Of a stretch of 64,000 bases of DNA, positions 49,558 through 61,597 are shown one piece after another. The stretch lies in the NCBI GenBank assembly GCA_043228905.1, contig JBHGNT010000009.1:4774001-4838000 (forward strand), given 5' to 3'. The notes under the pieces are model-generated. The model was not told the origin of the DNA, did not search any database, and was given only the letters and a program-made list of their open reading frames with translations. Source of the stretch: Azolla caroliniana. Its lineage: Eukaryota; Plantae; Polypodiophyta. Each line of letters opens with the position of its first letter. Positions within the stretch are counted from its first letter, which is position 1. A program made the position numbers and the translations under genes.

Positions 49558-51558
49558 TTATATTATTTTTACTTTTTCACGTAGTGTATGAAATACACTA
49601 CGACACTCGCCCCCTCCGAACCCGCACATCCTCCGGTATGTGCCGAAGTTGCCGATGCTCGTTGTCTCCCCTTCATCCTCTGTTTGTCCCGCTATGTCAA
49701 CTTTGTCTCTCCATTTTGAGTAGACCCATTCTTTCCACCCGAACCATTGTCGCCATCCGATCCACCATATTCTTTGTTCTCTCTCGTCATATTCTTGGCC
49801 CTTGTCATTCGTGGTAGTGTCTTTTACTGGCCTCTTTCTTGTCTTCATCAACCTTGACTTTTTTCCGGATCGCTCTCGTCCGATCGACTTTCGGTTTGAT
49901 CGGCTTCCGATCGGATTCGTATTCGGCCGAATCGGAATCGGTTGTTCGGTTTCGATTGAGTCGGTCTCCTTCCGGCTCGGTTTCGATCTATCGGTTTCGG
50001 TTTCAGTTGGCTTTCTTTTCCTTGTTTTCACCAGCCTCGACCGGTCCAACCTCCGATTGAGTCGGATTAGCTTCTTTCCGGGTCGGTCTCGTCCGATCGG
50101 CTTTCGGCTAGGTCGGCTTCCATCCATATTCGCGTTCGGCCAAGTCAAACTCAGTCGATCGGTTTTGACCGAGTCGACCCCTTTTCGGGTCGGCTTTCTT
50201 TCGGGTCGTCTTTCGGCCGAATCCTCATTCGCCCGGTTCGGCTTTCTTTCGGATCGGAATCCCGTCCGGATCACCTTCCATCCAAACCGGCTTCCGACTT
50301 TACCTTTCTTGCTGCCACCTCCCGTCTCTCCGGTCTCACGTTGGTTCTCGGACACAACTGCCGAAGTCTCTAGAATTAGTGGGTAGGAATCCTCGGTATT
50401 ATCATCCTCCATTGTTTCACCCATAGCCATATTCTCGGTTATCTCTCCGTCGTATGCATCGACTTCGACCTTTGTTTTCTCTCCGCCACCTTCCGTCTCT
50501 TCGGTCTCACGTTGCCTTTCGAACGCAACCGCCGAAGTCTCTGGAATTAGTGGTGGGGAAGTCTCGATATGGCCATCCGTCGTTGATTCGTCCATAGCCA
50601 CCTTCGATTCGATGTCATCTTTCGTGGCGACCTCCTCAATCAAGTCCTCCTTGCTCTCTTTCACTGCATCAATTATGCAAACATCAATTATGCTTACCCC
50701 TTTTTCACCCGATGTTTCGGACACTTGTATTCCGAAATCTTCTTCTACACTTGGGTTATCGGCCTTATCCTTCGCCATCGTTCTTTCGCAAGACAAGAGG
50801 GTAGCTTGTTTTACACCCTCTTCCGTCGCACCATCATGTTGCATTTCAGCCTTCATATCGGCTCCATCGTTTGTCTTCAATCGACCATCCTTCATCGGCC
50901 ATGTTGTTGACAAGATTCTCATTTTCCTCTTATCATGTCTCCGGCATACCCTTTGGACTTCGGCCCAATTTTCGGTAAGACCATTCGTACCGTCATCGTC
51001 TTCGAGTTCGATCCCGATGTCCATCCTTTCTTTTCGATCAATCGATTTTACGAACATTAGGACTTTATCCTCCCCCACCAACCGTTGTTCCCGCTCCGAG
51101 AGTTGAGCAAGACGATGCTCGAACTCTAGGAATGCTTGTGTTGCACTTCGGTGGGTCTTCTCTGATGCCACCCATTCGTCGAATTTTCGCCGATCTTGTC
51201 CCTTTGATCTCTTGTAATCATATGTCTCTCGTAAAGCTTCTTCGAATGACCCCCATGTCGAGTTTTGTTGCCGTATCTTGTGGATTCTCTCTTGTAGCTC
51301 ATCCGTGGCTACCCGACTGAAGGATGTCATTTGCAATCCTTCCGGTATCCCACATCGTATCATCTCCGCCTTGTAGTCACGTAGATAGCATGACACATCG
51401 TTTCCGTTGAATTGTCTGTTTCGTTGTACGAGCCGCTTTACTGCCCCCGTGATCTCCGACATCACTCGTTGTTCTTGTAGCATCCGCTCGAACATCATCA
51501 TCATTGTTATGCTCATTGCCTCTTGTTGATTCTCCATCTCCTTGCCACCCGCCTTCAC
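49558..51558 (-). CDS. Gag-like protein with acidic and basic repeat tail (copy 1)
   Basis: Open 666-codon frame. The N-terminal ~210 aa align by eye with gag at 62961..63998 (TWGSFEE, VLMFVKSID, GLTENW). No protease, RT or integrase core. Confidence 0.8.
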   Translation of the reverse strand: MKAGGKEMENQQEAMSITMMMMFERMLQEQRVMSEITGAVKRLVQRNRQFNGNDVSCYLRDYKAEMIRCGIPEGLQMTSFSRVATDELQERIHKIRQQNSTWGSFEEALRETYDYKRSKGQDRRKFDEWVASEKTHRSATQAFLEFEHRLAQLSEREQRLVGEDKVLMFVKSIDRKERMDIGIELEDDDGTNGLTENWAEVQRVCRRHDKRKMRILSTTWPMKDGRLKTNDGADMKAEMQHDGATEEGVKQATLLSCERTMAKDKADNPSVEEDFGIQVSETSGEKGVSIIDVCIIDAVKESKEDLIEEVATKDDIESKVAMDESTTDGHIETSPPLIPETSAVAFERQRETEETEGGGEKTKVEVDAYDGEITENMAMGETMEDDNTEDSYPLILETSAVVSENQRETGETGGGSKKGKVGSRFGWKVIRTGFRSERKPNRANEDSAERRPERKPTRKGVDSVKTDRLSLTWPNANMDGSRPSRKPIGRDRPGKKLIRLNRRLDRSRLVKTRKRKPTETETDRSKPSRKETDSIETEQPIPIRPNTNPIGSRSNRKSIGRERSGKKSRLMKTRKRPVKDTTTNDKGQEYDEREQRIWWIGWRQWFGWKEWVYSKWRDKVDIAGQTEDEGETTSIGNFGTYRRMCGFGGGECRSVFHTLREKVKII

Positions 51559-52250
51559 GTCGGGTTCACCAACTTGTGTCGTGCCTTTCGGCTCCGGATC
51601 GTTTGCGTGAGTCGGGTGGGAACCACCGGGGTTTTGGACTAGGAGAAAGAAAAATACAAATAAGGCTAGTAAAGAATAGGTATAAAGAGTTATAAGATAA
51701 GAATCTCGTGAATCCCACGAGTTTAGTATATTTAGTCAATATTTAGGTAGTAAGAGAGAATTATTTTAGCAAATTCGTGAATCCCACGAATATTTTAGAT
51801 TGATTGATCATTATAGAAAAATAATCAACAAAAACTACAATGTGCTCCCCATCCTTATATAGTGATGGGAGAGACTAAGCATAGCTACATGCTTTTTCTA
51901 ATATGTTCATGCACACTAAATGTGCATGTGATGCTTTTCTAATCCTTGCTTTTATTTGCTAAATATAGTGCTCATGCACGCTAGATGTGCATGAGTCACT
52001 TTTTAGTTGCTTGCGTTTTTCTATAAAATATTCACGCACTCTAAAAATACATGATTTACCTTTTTAATAAAGGTAGGCGCAAATAAAGCACTTATAGTTA
52101 TTAAATCTATTTATAGAACACTAAAGATAAGGTAGCATAATGGTAAAGTTGAGGTTTGGCTACGTGGAGGTACAAGGTTCGAATCTTACCCTATGCACGT
52201 GATAAATATCTTGATATATTATTTTATTTATTTATATGTAATTAAATCGG

Positions 52251-54251
52251 TTATATTATTTTTACTTTTTCACGTAGTGTATGAAATACACTACGACACT
52301 CGCCCCCTCCGAACCCGCACATCCTCCGGTATGTGCCGAAGTTGCCGATGCTCGTTGTCTCCCCTTCATCCTCTGTTTGTCCCGCTATGTCAACTTTGTC
52401 TCTCCATTTTGAGTAGACCCATTCTTTCCACCCGAACCATTGTCGCCATCCGATCCACCATATTCTTTGTTCTCTCTCGTCATATTCTTGGCCCTTGTCA
52501 TTCGTGGTAGTGTCTTTTACTGGCCTCTTTCTTGTCTTCATCAACCTTGACTTTTTTCCGGATCGCTCTCGTCCGATCGACTTTCGGTTTGATCGGCTTC
52601 CGATCGGATTCGTATTCGGCCGAATCGGAATCGGTTGTTCGGTTTCGATTGAGTCGGTCTCCTTCCGGCTCGGTTTCGATCTATCGGTTTCGGTTTCAGT
52701 TGGCTTTCTTTTCCTTGTTTTCACCAGCCTCGACCGGTCCAACCTCCGATTGAGTCGGATTAGCTTCTTTCCGGGTCGGTCTCGTCCGATCGGCTTTCGG
52801 CTAGGTCGGCTTCCATCCATATTCGCGTTCGGCCAAGTCAAACTCAGTCGATCGGTTTTGACCGAGTCGACCCCTTTTCGGGTCGGCTTTCTTTCGGGTC
52901 GTCTTTCGGCCGAATCCTCATTCGCCCGGTTCGGCTTTCTTTCGGATCGGAATCCCGTCCGGATCACCTTCCATCCAAACCGGCTTCCGACTTTACCTTT
53001 CTTGCTGCCACCTCCCGTCTCTCCGGTCTCACGTTGGTTCTCGGACACAACTGCCGAAGTCTCTAGAATTAGTGGGTAGGAATCCTCGGTATTATCATCC
53101 TCCATTGTTTCACCCATAGCCATATTCTCGGTTATCTCTCCGTCGTATGCATCGACTTCGACCTTTGTTTTCTCTCCGCCACCTTCCGTCTCTTCGGTCT
53201 CACGTTGCCTTTCGAACGCAACCGCCGAAGTCTCTGGAATTAGTGGTGGGGAAGTCTCGATATGGCCATCCGTCGTTGATTCGTCCATAGCCACCTTCGA
53301 TTCGATGTCATCTTTCGTGGCGACCTCCTCAATCAAGTCCTCCTTGCTCTCTTTCACTGCATCAATTATGCAAACATCAATTATGCTTACCCCTTTTTCA
53401 CCCGATGTTTCGGACACTTGTATTCCGAAATCTTCTTCTACACTTGGGTTATCGGCCTTATCCTTCGCCATCGTTCTTTCGCAAGACAAGAGGGTAGCTT
53501 GTTTTACACCCTCTTCCGTCGCACCATCATGTTGCATTTCAGCCTTCATATCGGCTCCATCGTTTGTCTTCAATCGACCATCCTTCATCGGCCATGTTGT
53601 TGACAAGATTCTCATTTTCCTCTTATCATGTCTCCGGCATACCCTTTGGACTTCGGCCCAATTTTCGGTAAGACCATTCGTACCGTCATCGTCTTCGAGT
53701 TCGATCCCGATGTCCATCCTTTCTTTTCGATCAATCGATTTTACGAACATTAGGACTTTATCCTCCCCCACCAACCGTTGTTCCCGCTCCGAGAGTTGAG
53801 CAAGACGATGCTCGAACTCTAGGAATGCTTGTGTTGCACTTCGGTGGGTCTTCTCTGATGCCACCCATTCGTCGAATTTTCGCCGATCTTGTCCCTTTGA
53901 TCTCTTGTAATCATATGTCTCTCGTAAAGCTTCTTCGAATGACCCCCATGTCGAGTTTTGTTGCCGTATCTTGTGGATTCTCTCTTGTAGCTCATCCGTG
54001 GCTACCCGACTGAAGGATGTCATTTGCAATCCTTCCGGTATCCCACATCGTATCATCTCCGCCTTGTAGTCACGTAGATAGCATGACACATCGTTTCCGT
54101 TGAATTGTCTGTTTCGTTGTACGAGCCGCTTTACTGCCCCCGTGATCTCCGACATCACTCGTTGTTCTTGTAGCATCCGCTCGAACATCATCATCATTGT
54201 TATGCTCATTGCCTCTTGTTGATTCTCCATCTCCTTGCCACCCGCCTTCAC
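52251..54251 (-). CDS. Gag-like protein (copy 2, identical translation)
   Basis: Same 666-aa translation as 49558..51558. Confidence 0.8.
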   Translation of the reverse strand: MKAGGKEMENQQEAMSITMMMMFERMLQEQRVMSEITGAVKRLVQRNRQFNGNDVSCYLRDYKAEMIRCGIPEGLQMTSFSRVATDELQERIHKIRQQNSTWGSFEEALRETYDYKRSKGQDRRKFDEWVASEKTHRSATQAFLEFEHRLAQLSEREQRLVGEDKVLMFVKSIDRKERMDIGIELEDDDGTNGLTENWAEVQRVCRRHDKRKMRILSTTWPMKDGRLKTNDGADMKAEMQHDGATEEGVKQATLLSCERTMAKDKADNPSVEEDFGIQVSETSGEKGVSIIDVCIIDAVKESKEDLIEEVATKDDIESKVAMDESTTDGHIETSPPLIPETSAVAFERQRETEETEGGGEKTKVEVDAYDGEITENMAMGETMEDDNTEDSYPLILETSAVVSENQRETGETGGGSKKGKVGSRFGWKVIRTGFRSERKPNRANEDSAERRPERKPTRKGVDSVKTDRLSLTWPNANMDGSRPSRKPIGRDRPGKKLIRLNRRLDRSRLVKTRKRKPTETETDRSKPSRKETDSIETEQPIPIRPNTNPIGSRSNRKSIGRERSGKKSRLMKTRKRPVKDTTTNDKGQEYDEREQRIWWIGWRQWFGWKEWVYSKWRDKVDIAGQTEDEGETTSIGNFGTYRRMCGFGGGECRSVFHTLREKVKII

Positions 54252-57200
54252 GTCGGGTTCACCAACTTGTGTCGTGCCTTTCGGCTCCGGATCGTTTGCG
54301 TGAGTCGGGTGGGAACCACCGGGGTTTTGGACTAGGAGAAAGAAAAATACAAATAAGGCTAGTAAAGAATAGGTATAAAGAGTTATAAGATAAGAATCTC
54401 GTGAATCCCACGAGTTTAGTATATTTAGTCAATATTTAGGTAGTAAGAGAGAATTATTTTAGCAAATTCGTGAATCCCACGAATATTTTAGATTGATTGA
54501 TCATTATAGAAAAATAATCAACAAAAACTACAATGTGCTCCCCATCCTTATATAGTGATGGGAGAGACTAAGCATAGCTACATGCTTTTTCTAATATGTT
54601 CATGCACACTAAATGTGCATGTGATGCTTTTCTAATCCTTGCTTTTATTTGCTAAATATAGTGCTCATGCACGCTAGATGTGCATGAGTCACTTTTTAGT
54701 TGCTTGCGTTTTTCTATAAAATATTCACGCACTCTAAAAATACATGATTTACCTTTTTAATAAAGGTAGGCGCAAATAAAGCACTTATAGTTATTAAATC
54801 TATTTATAGAACACTAAAGATAAGGTAGCATAATGGTAAAGTTGAGGTTTGGCTACGTGGAGGTATAAGGTTCGAATCTTACCCTATGCACGTGATAAAT
54901 ATCTTGATATATTATTTTATTTATTTATATGTAATTAAATCGGTTATATTATTTTTACTTTTTCACGTAGTGTACGAAATACACTACGACACCGTTCCCA
55001 AACGAGCGTAATCAGAGTCGAAATCAGCTCGACTTAATCCATTCGGATGTGTGGGGACCGGCACAAAACGTGAGTTTCAGTGGTAGCCATTACTTCATAA
55101 CCTTCATTGATGACTTCACTCGGCATACTTGGGCATGTATGATCGCGAAGAAGAGCGAAGTCTTCGCATGTTTCCTGAAGGTAAAGAACCTTGCAGAAAG
55201 GGAAACACGGCGTAAGATCAAATGCCTACGGTCCGATGCCAAGAAGGAGTACTTCTTTGACCAGTTCACAAGTTATCTACAGAAGGAAGGAATTTGACGT
55301 GAATTCTATTGTAGATACACGCCACAGCAGAACGGTATGGCCGAGCGGAAGAATCGAACAATTGAAGAAGCGGCCAGGGAAATGCTTGAAGAGAAGCATA
55401 TGCCGAAGTTTTACTAGGCTGAAGCTATAAGGACGGTTTTATATTTGTAGAATTGGACTTCTGCTAATGGAGGAGTGTCGCCACATGAGTTGTATTTTGG
55501 GAAGAAGCCAAACATGGCACACTTGAGGATTTTCGGTAGCATTGCGTATGTGCATGTGCCGAAGGATAAGAGGAGGAAGCTGGACGCCAAAGCCGAGAAG
55601 TGTATCTTGGTCGGCTATTCAGACGAGTAGAAGGGGTATAAGTGCTATAACCCGTGTTCGACAAGTTTGCTTCGTGGTACTTGTCTTCACCTCCAATACC
55701 TCAAGAATCCATTCCGAATTCTAAAGAAGAGGTCAGCAAGCACGAGCTGCCTCCGCGTGATGAGGAAATCGGAGCTCTGACAGAGAGTCCAACCTCATTT
55801 CGACTAAGTAGGCCGAATGAGGGGTTGGGCCGAGACGGCCAACCAAATGAAGAGCCGGTGAGTAGGGGAGACTCGGGTGTGTTGTCCCCGCGTAAAGAAC
55901 CAAGGAGACGATTTACACGTAAAGAGAAAGGGAAGAAGAAAATGTCGGAATACGATTTCGGCGGTGTCGAGTCAGAACAGAGCGAATCTGACATCGGGTC
56001 AATTGAGAAGGAACCTCCGTAGAAGAGGTCGAAATCGGCTAAAAAGGTCGTGAAATCGGATAATCACGAATTACACCGATTTACCCGCCTGAAGAACCCT
56101 GTAAAAAGATACGGATACAACGAATACATGGCGCACCATTATGCGTTCATGACACGAGTGGCAGAAGTGCGTGAGCCAGAGAGCTACGCAGAAGCGGCGA
56201 AAGACGTGAATTGGTGTGCCACAATGGAGGAAGAGATGTTTGCTTTAACGGACAACGAGACTTGGGACCTGGTTGACACACCTAAAGGTGTTAAGCCAAT
56301 CGGATGCAGATGGGTATTTAGGGTGAAATACAACGCCAACGGCTCGATCAACCAATATAAGGCCCGTTTGGTTGTGAAAGGCTATGGACAAAAACACAGC
56401 GTCGATTACGATGAGACCTTTGCACCAATCGCAAAGATGACTACCGTGCGATTTCTGCTAGCCATAACTGCGATGAAGGGGTGGCATCTACATCAGATGG
56501 ATGTAAAGAATGTGTTCCTACAAGGTGATCTTGAGGAACAAGTGTATATGGTACATCCCCCCGGATTTCTATCTGAACAGAACACTTCGACAGTTTGCCG
56601 ATTGAAGAAGTCTTTATACGAACTTAAGCAAGCCCCATTAGCTTGAAACGCGAAGATTACGTAGTGATTGCGTAGGATGGGGTTCACGACGTCCAAGTCA
56701 AACTCTTCATTATTTGTTTGACAAGATAAACATGGACCGGTTAGCCTTCTACTGTACGTTGACGATTTAGTCATCCTCGGTGCCAACCTGGAAGAAATCC
56801 GCCGCGTGAAGTCTTAGCTTGCGGCATCATTTGACATGAAGGATCTTGGCGACCTTCATTACTTCCTCGGGATCGAAGTGATCCGTTCCCCCGAAGGCAT
56901 ATTGATCAGCCAGCGTCATTACACGTTGAACATGCTCTTCAAATTTGGGATGGCAGATTGTAAGCCCATCTCGACCCCTCTAGACAGAAACGTCAAGCTT
57001 CGTCGAGATTCGGGAAAGGCGTGCGACCCGACACAGTTTCGACAGATTATCGGAAGCCTCATCTACTTGACGATCACTCGGCCGGACCTCAGCTATCTGG
57101 TCGGCTTGATCAATCAGTTTATGTCGCAGCCTACAGTCGAACACTTTTAGTGCGTGCAAAGGATATTGTGATATGTCAGTGGCACTAAAGACATGGCATT

Positions 57201-58548
57201 GTTGTATCGGGCAGGTGTAGCCGAACAATTAGTTGGCTACACGGATGTCGATTGGGCCGGAAATGCCCACTATCGTAGATCCACATCCGGATACGCATTC
57301 TCATTGGGAAGTGTGACGATTACCTAGAGCAGTAAGAAGCAGCCAACAATAGCATTGTTGAGCACAGAGATCGAATATCAAGGGGTGATTGTCGCTATGT
57401 GCAAAGTCATTTGGCTGAAACGGCTATTACGGGATCTGCATGTGGAAGTGTCTGATCCGACGATGATCTATTGCAACAACCTCGGCAGCATCCACCTTGC
57501 GAAAAACCCTCAGGTATTCCACGCTCGGACCAAGCACATTGAGGTGACTACCATTTTGTCCGCGAGAGTGTCCTTTTTGGTGAAGTCGAACTAGCATATG
57601 TTCCGACGGGTTGGCAGATTGCCGACATCTTCACCAAACCCCTTGGTCTCAACAAGTTGCGGCATTTCTCGGGTGAGTTGGGTTTGCATCACCTCGACAT
57701 GTCAAACTTGAGGGGGAGACAGGAACAGGAGCGTGAAAGGAGCGGTATAGACCGCGATGCCGAATCGGATGAAGAATTCGATTTCGGGTCGGTTGAAGAA
57801 TTCGAAGAAGTAAGCAAGGGCCTTAACTGGAGGGAAGAGCTGAAGACAACCGAACAAGGGGTAGATAAGGCTGAGACCAAGACGTGGTCTAATGTTGTCA
57901 AGGGCCTAAAGATAGAAGACGAATTAGAGACAGCCAATTCGGATGTAAGCGGAAATGAATCGGGAGTGACTGATTCAATCGAAAAGTTTGATTCAGACAT
58001 TACGAATCGACTGAGGGCCAAGCGGAAAAAAGGGCAGCGAAAGAGGCACCAACACCGCGACAACAAGGGAGCTGAGAAGGGCCATGTGAGCAGACAAGTC
58101 GACCGAAAGGGCCGAGGCGCGCGGAATCGGACGGGTTGAAGAGCACGAGCGAGGCGTGAAGCCAGGAGAAGTTGGAGCAAAGATCTGGAGGAGCACGCGG
58201 AACCTCAAGTTGAGCTTGAGGGGGAGTGTTGAGATAAAAGCTCAACATTGGGTACGTAGACTGGGTGCGTAAAACCGTACGCACAACATGGTCGTAGCGA
58301 TGCGTAAATCGAGAGGCCGTTAGAATGTTATTCCTCGTAAGGAATAATTTTGGGAGTAAGTGTAGGATGCTCATTTATGAGCGGTCAAGTACTAACAGTA
58401 CTTGTGTCAACCCAATAGTCAGGGCTTGTATAAAAGGTGCTCACTGAGCACGAAGTATGTATAGTGAACATACAGAGAATTATTTTTTGAATATAGTTTT
58501 TTTTCTGCTCTCTCTGTCTCTCCCTCTCCTTCTCTATGATTTCTGCGT

Positions 58549-59560
58549 TGTCGTGAAGATTTTCGGCAACGATGTGAAAATTGCATGGAATGTACAAAAT
58601 CGAGTATGGTTCTTCGCACACAATATGAAACAATAATAATGAAGATATTATTTTATATTAGTTTAATATCTTGGTACAGAAAGATAGATGTCTTCAAGAG
58701 CTTTCGAATGCATTTTACTACATGTGAAACAGACAACTTAGTGTCAAGTTATGTGAGTGTGAAGTTTGAGAAGAAGAAGAGGAAAACAAAATTGTGGGAT
58801 ATCCCACATAGATAGGACAACATCAGGATTCAAGAGTATATAAGTAGAGTCATATCTCTTTATATTTCGTTTATGTGCTAGGAGCACAAAAAGGTTGGGT
58901 TGTATAACTTGGATGAATGGATGTGGCCACGTTATTCAAATAGTGTTTTGGACAGAACGGGCGGGCGACGACGGAACCGAATGGCACTGAAAGCAGTTCG
59001 GACGGCGACGACGACGATGAAGGATCGGATCACCTCACCGAACCGGATCACCAGGTCGGATGCGGACTGGATGGACCAAATAGACAGGTCAATCAGATAG
59101 GTTGATCGCAAAGCATGGTGTCTTAAAGATTTTCGGTGTGAAACCAACGACGATGATGGATCGGATCACGTCACCAGACCGGATCACCGGATCACCGGGT
59201 CGGATGCGGACCGGATGGACCAGATAAACGGGTCGATCAGATAAGTTGATTGCAAAGCACGGTGTCTTAAAGATTTTCGGTGTGAAACGAAAAAAACCGA
59301 GTCATTTCTTTAAGTTATATTTATCATTATACTTTCACATCTAAATTCTCATACATGAGAGCTTGAATGAGTGACATGGTTATCATGCAACACATGTAAT
59401 GCATGAGCGCCAAATGGCAAACGTGCATCTCATGCATGTCTTGCACCCTCACATGCATCATATGCATGGGGGCATCTATAAAAGAATGGATGAACAAACA
59501 AGCAATGTTGAGGAGGGCCTAGACAACAGCTCATTAATGAGCTTCATACAAGATGCGTTC
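58549..59560 (+). mobile_element. LTR (TGTCGTGAAG family) inserted in the C3 3' LTR; right end unclear
   Basis: Homologous to 43875-44704, with an internal ~140-bp duplication at ~59005-59288. Confidence 0.7.
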
Positions 59561-59564
59561 AATC

Positions 59565-59797
59565 AGCGCTTTTTATAAAAGTCCTTATTGACAGACAGAA
59601 GTACTATCAGAGTACTCACACATACTTCAATGCTCATTAATGAGCTTCCTACACTAACTCCCAAAATTATTCCTTCCGAGGAATAACTCTCTAACGGCGT
59701 CTCGGCTTCCGCACCGTTACGGCCTTTGTGCGTACGGTTTTACGCACCCAGTCTACACACTAGGTTACGCACCCAATGTTGAGCTTGTATCTCAACA
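59565..59797 (-). repeat. Inverted partial LTR of the C1/C3 copia family
   Basis: Reverse complement of the C3 LTR start; ends ...GAGCTTGTATCTCAACA. Confidence 0.75.
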
Positions 59798-61597
59798 ATT
59801 ATTTTGTAATAGAAGTTGTTGTTTTCCCTCTCTGCCTCTCTCTCACACCATTCTCTATGTTTACCTAGCTGTCGAATTTCTGAAACCGATTGTGTACTCG
59901 ATCGGTGTCTATTGCACTCGCTTCCGCACACGTATTCTTTTACATGGTATCAGAGCACAAGAGTTGAAAATCCTCTGAATCTGACAGAAAAGCAAGCGAA
60001 CAAGACAGAGACGAGTTTTCTCGTTTTCGGAAAAGAAAATACAAGAACATGGATAGAGGAATGGGAAGCTCGTTTCCGACCGAAAAGCTCGATAGGAGAA
60101 ACTACACATCTTGGTCGTACAAGATGCACCACTACCTGCTCAGGCACGGTTACTGGAGTTATGTCGAAGGAGCTAATGATGCAGCACCCGAGTCGACACA
60201 CAAAGATTTCCCGGCCTTAGAATAGGCAACAAGTGGAGTTCTCTACAACTTTGCATCCTACGTGACCGATCAGCTCTTGAGCTACATTCGGGGTGTTAGA
60301 ACGCCGATGGATGCTTGGGGAAATCTTCAAGTCATACAGGAATTGAACAATGTCCGACAAAGAGAGATGTCGGTGGCTAACTACACCTCCAAGATCAAGG
60401 AGATCTGCGACTCCCTCGCCTCAGTTGACGTGAATGTCGAGGAGGACGAAATGGTGCAGGTTTGCCTCAGAGGGTTGGCGTCGAAGTTCGGAGCATTCCG
60501 AACGACGGTCTCCATGAGGGAGAATACACCTTCATTTTTCAAGCTTCAATCGATGTTGCTCATAGAAGAACAGTACGCACACTGATAGCAAGATGTTGTA
60601 CACGGAAGCGGATCAACCCCGTGGTCATGGTGGACAAGGAGGGTCAGCGCACAATGGAGGTGGTCAACAGGAGCAAAACACAAGGCATAATCTGAATGTC
60701 GACAACACTTCCGGACCCTCCTCAGGTAGGGAGAGTCAAGGCGGCGCCAGAGGATGGCAAGGAAAGACCGCGACGAACTGTTGGTACTGTGGTCAGAAGG
60801 GCTACAGAGAGAGCGAGTGCTGGAAAAAGTGAACCAATTCAAACAAGGCTGGATTGAGCCGAGGAGACATGAATAGGCGTTAGAGATCGCACTACGCCGA
60901 AGGTTCAGGGCAAGCCAGAATGGGTCCGGCCTTCATGATGAAGCACAAAGCCAACTCAATCGCGGTGAACACATCAAGGTCAAACAAGGTGTGGTATGTG
61001 GATTCGGGCACGTCGAACCACATGACGAATCATAAGGAGTGTTTCTCGACTCTAGAAAAGCTTGAGTAGCTAGGGGTCGTTGAAATTGGCGATGACATCC
61101 CTCACCTCATTAAACACATAGGAGATGTCCCTCTAAGCCATGTTGGCCAGAAGGGAACCATGAGGAATGTCTTGCATGTGCCCACAATCACCAAGATTTT
61201 GGTGTCAGTCGAATAGATTGTCAATCAGGGCATGCAAGTTCGATTTACTTATCTCGAGTGCTTCATCGAAGAAGAAGGCAAAATAATCGCGCAAGGGCAC
61301 CGAGAAGGGAGGATGCCCATCCTCGAGACCAATGATGTAGGCACCGCAATGTTCGCGAAAGGCTAGAAAGTCGAATCGAGTATCGATTTGTAGCACAAAC
61401 GGTTAGGCCATGTCAATTTCCCACGGCTTCGAGAGATGCAGACAAAAAACATTGTTTTCGGCTTGCCGAAATTCAATGGCTAAAAGGACCAGGTCTGCGA
61501 AGCCTGCTAGTTAGGGAAGCATCACCAACTTCTGTTCTCAAATGAAAGAAATCAAAGCCGAAATAAGCTCAATTTAATCCATTTGGATGTATGGGGA
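59798..61597 (+). mobile_element. Decayed copia element C4 (5' part)
   Basis: LTR end TACA at 59944, PBS TGGTATCAGAGC at 59945-59956, gag ATG at 60049 (MDRGMGSSFPTEKL). Zinc knuckle and protease follow; it ends at IHLDVWG. Confidence 0.88.

Larger units (their letters stand above)
48884..54991 (-). mobile_element. Tandem three-LTR non-autonomous gag-only retrotransposon (TR-GAG-like)
   Basis: 722-bp LTRs at 48884-49605, 51577-52298 and 54270-54991; period 2693 bp. 18-nt tRNA-Trp PBS at 51554-51571 and 54247-54264. TSD CCGT at 48880-48883 and 54992-54995. Confidence 0.95.
47697..58548 (+). mobile_element. Decayed Ty1/copia element C3 (same family as C1), interrupted at 48883/54992
   Basis: gag, protease, integrase, RT and RNase H fragments collinear with C1. 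PPT at 58215-58226; 3' LTR from 58227, cut at 58548. Confidence 0.9.

Noticed and set aside
51554-51571. Apparent tRNA-Trp gene fragment on the plus strand
   Set aside because: Only the 3' 18 nt including CCA, adjacent to an LTR: it is a primer-binding site.
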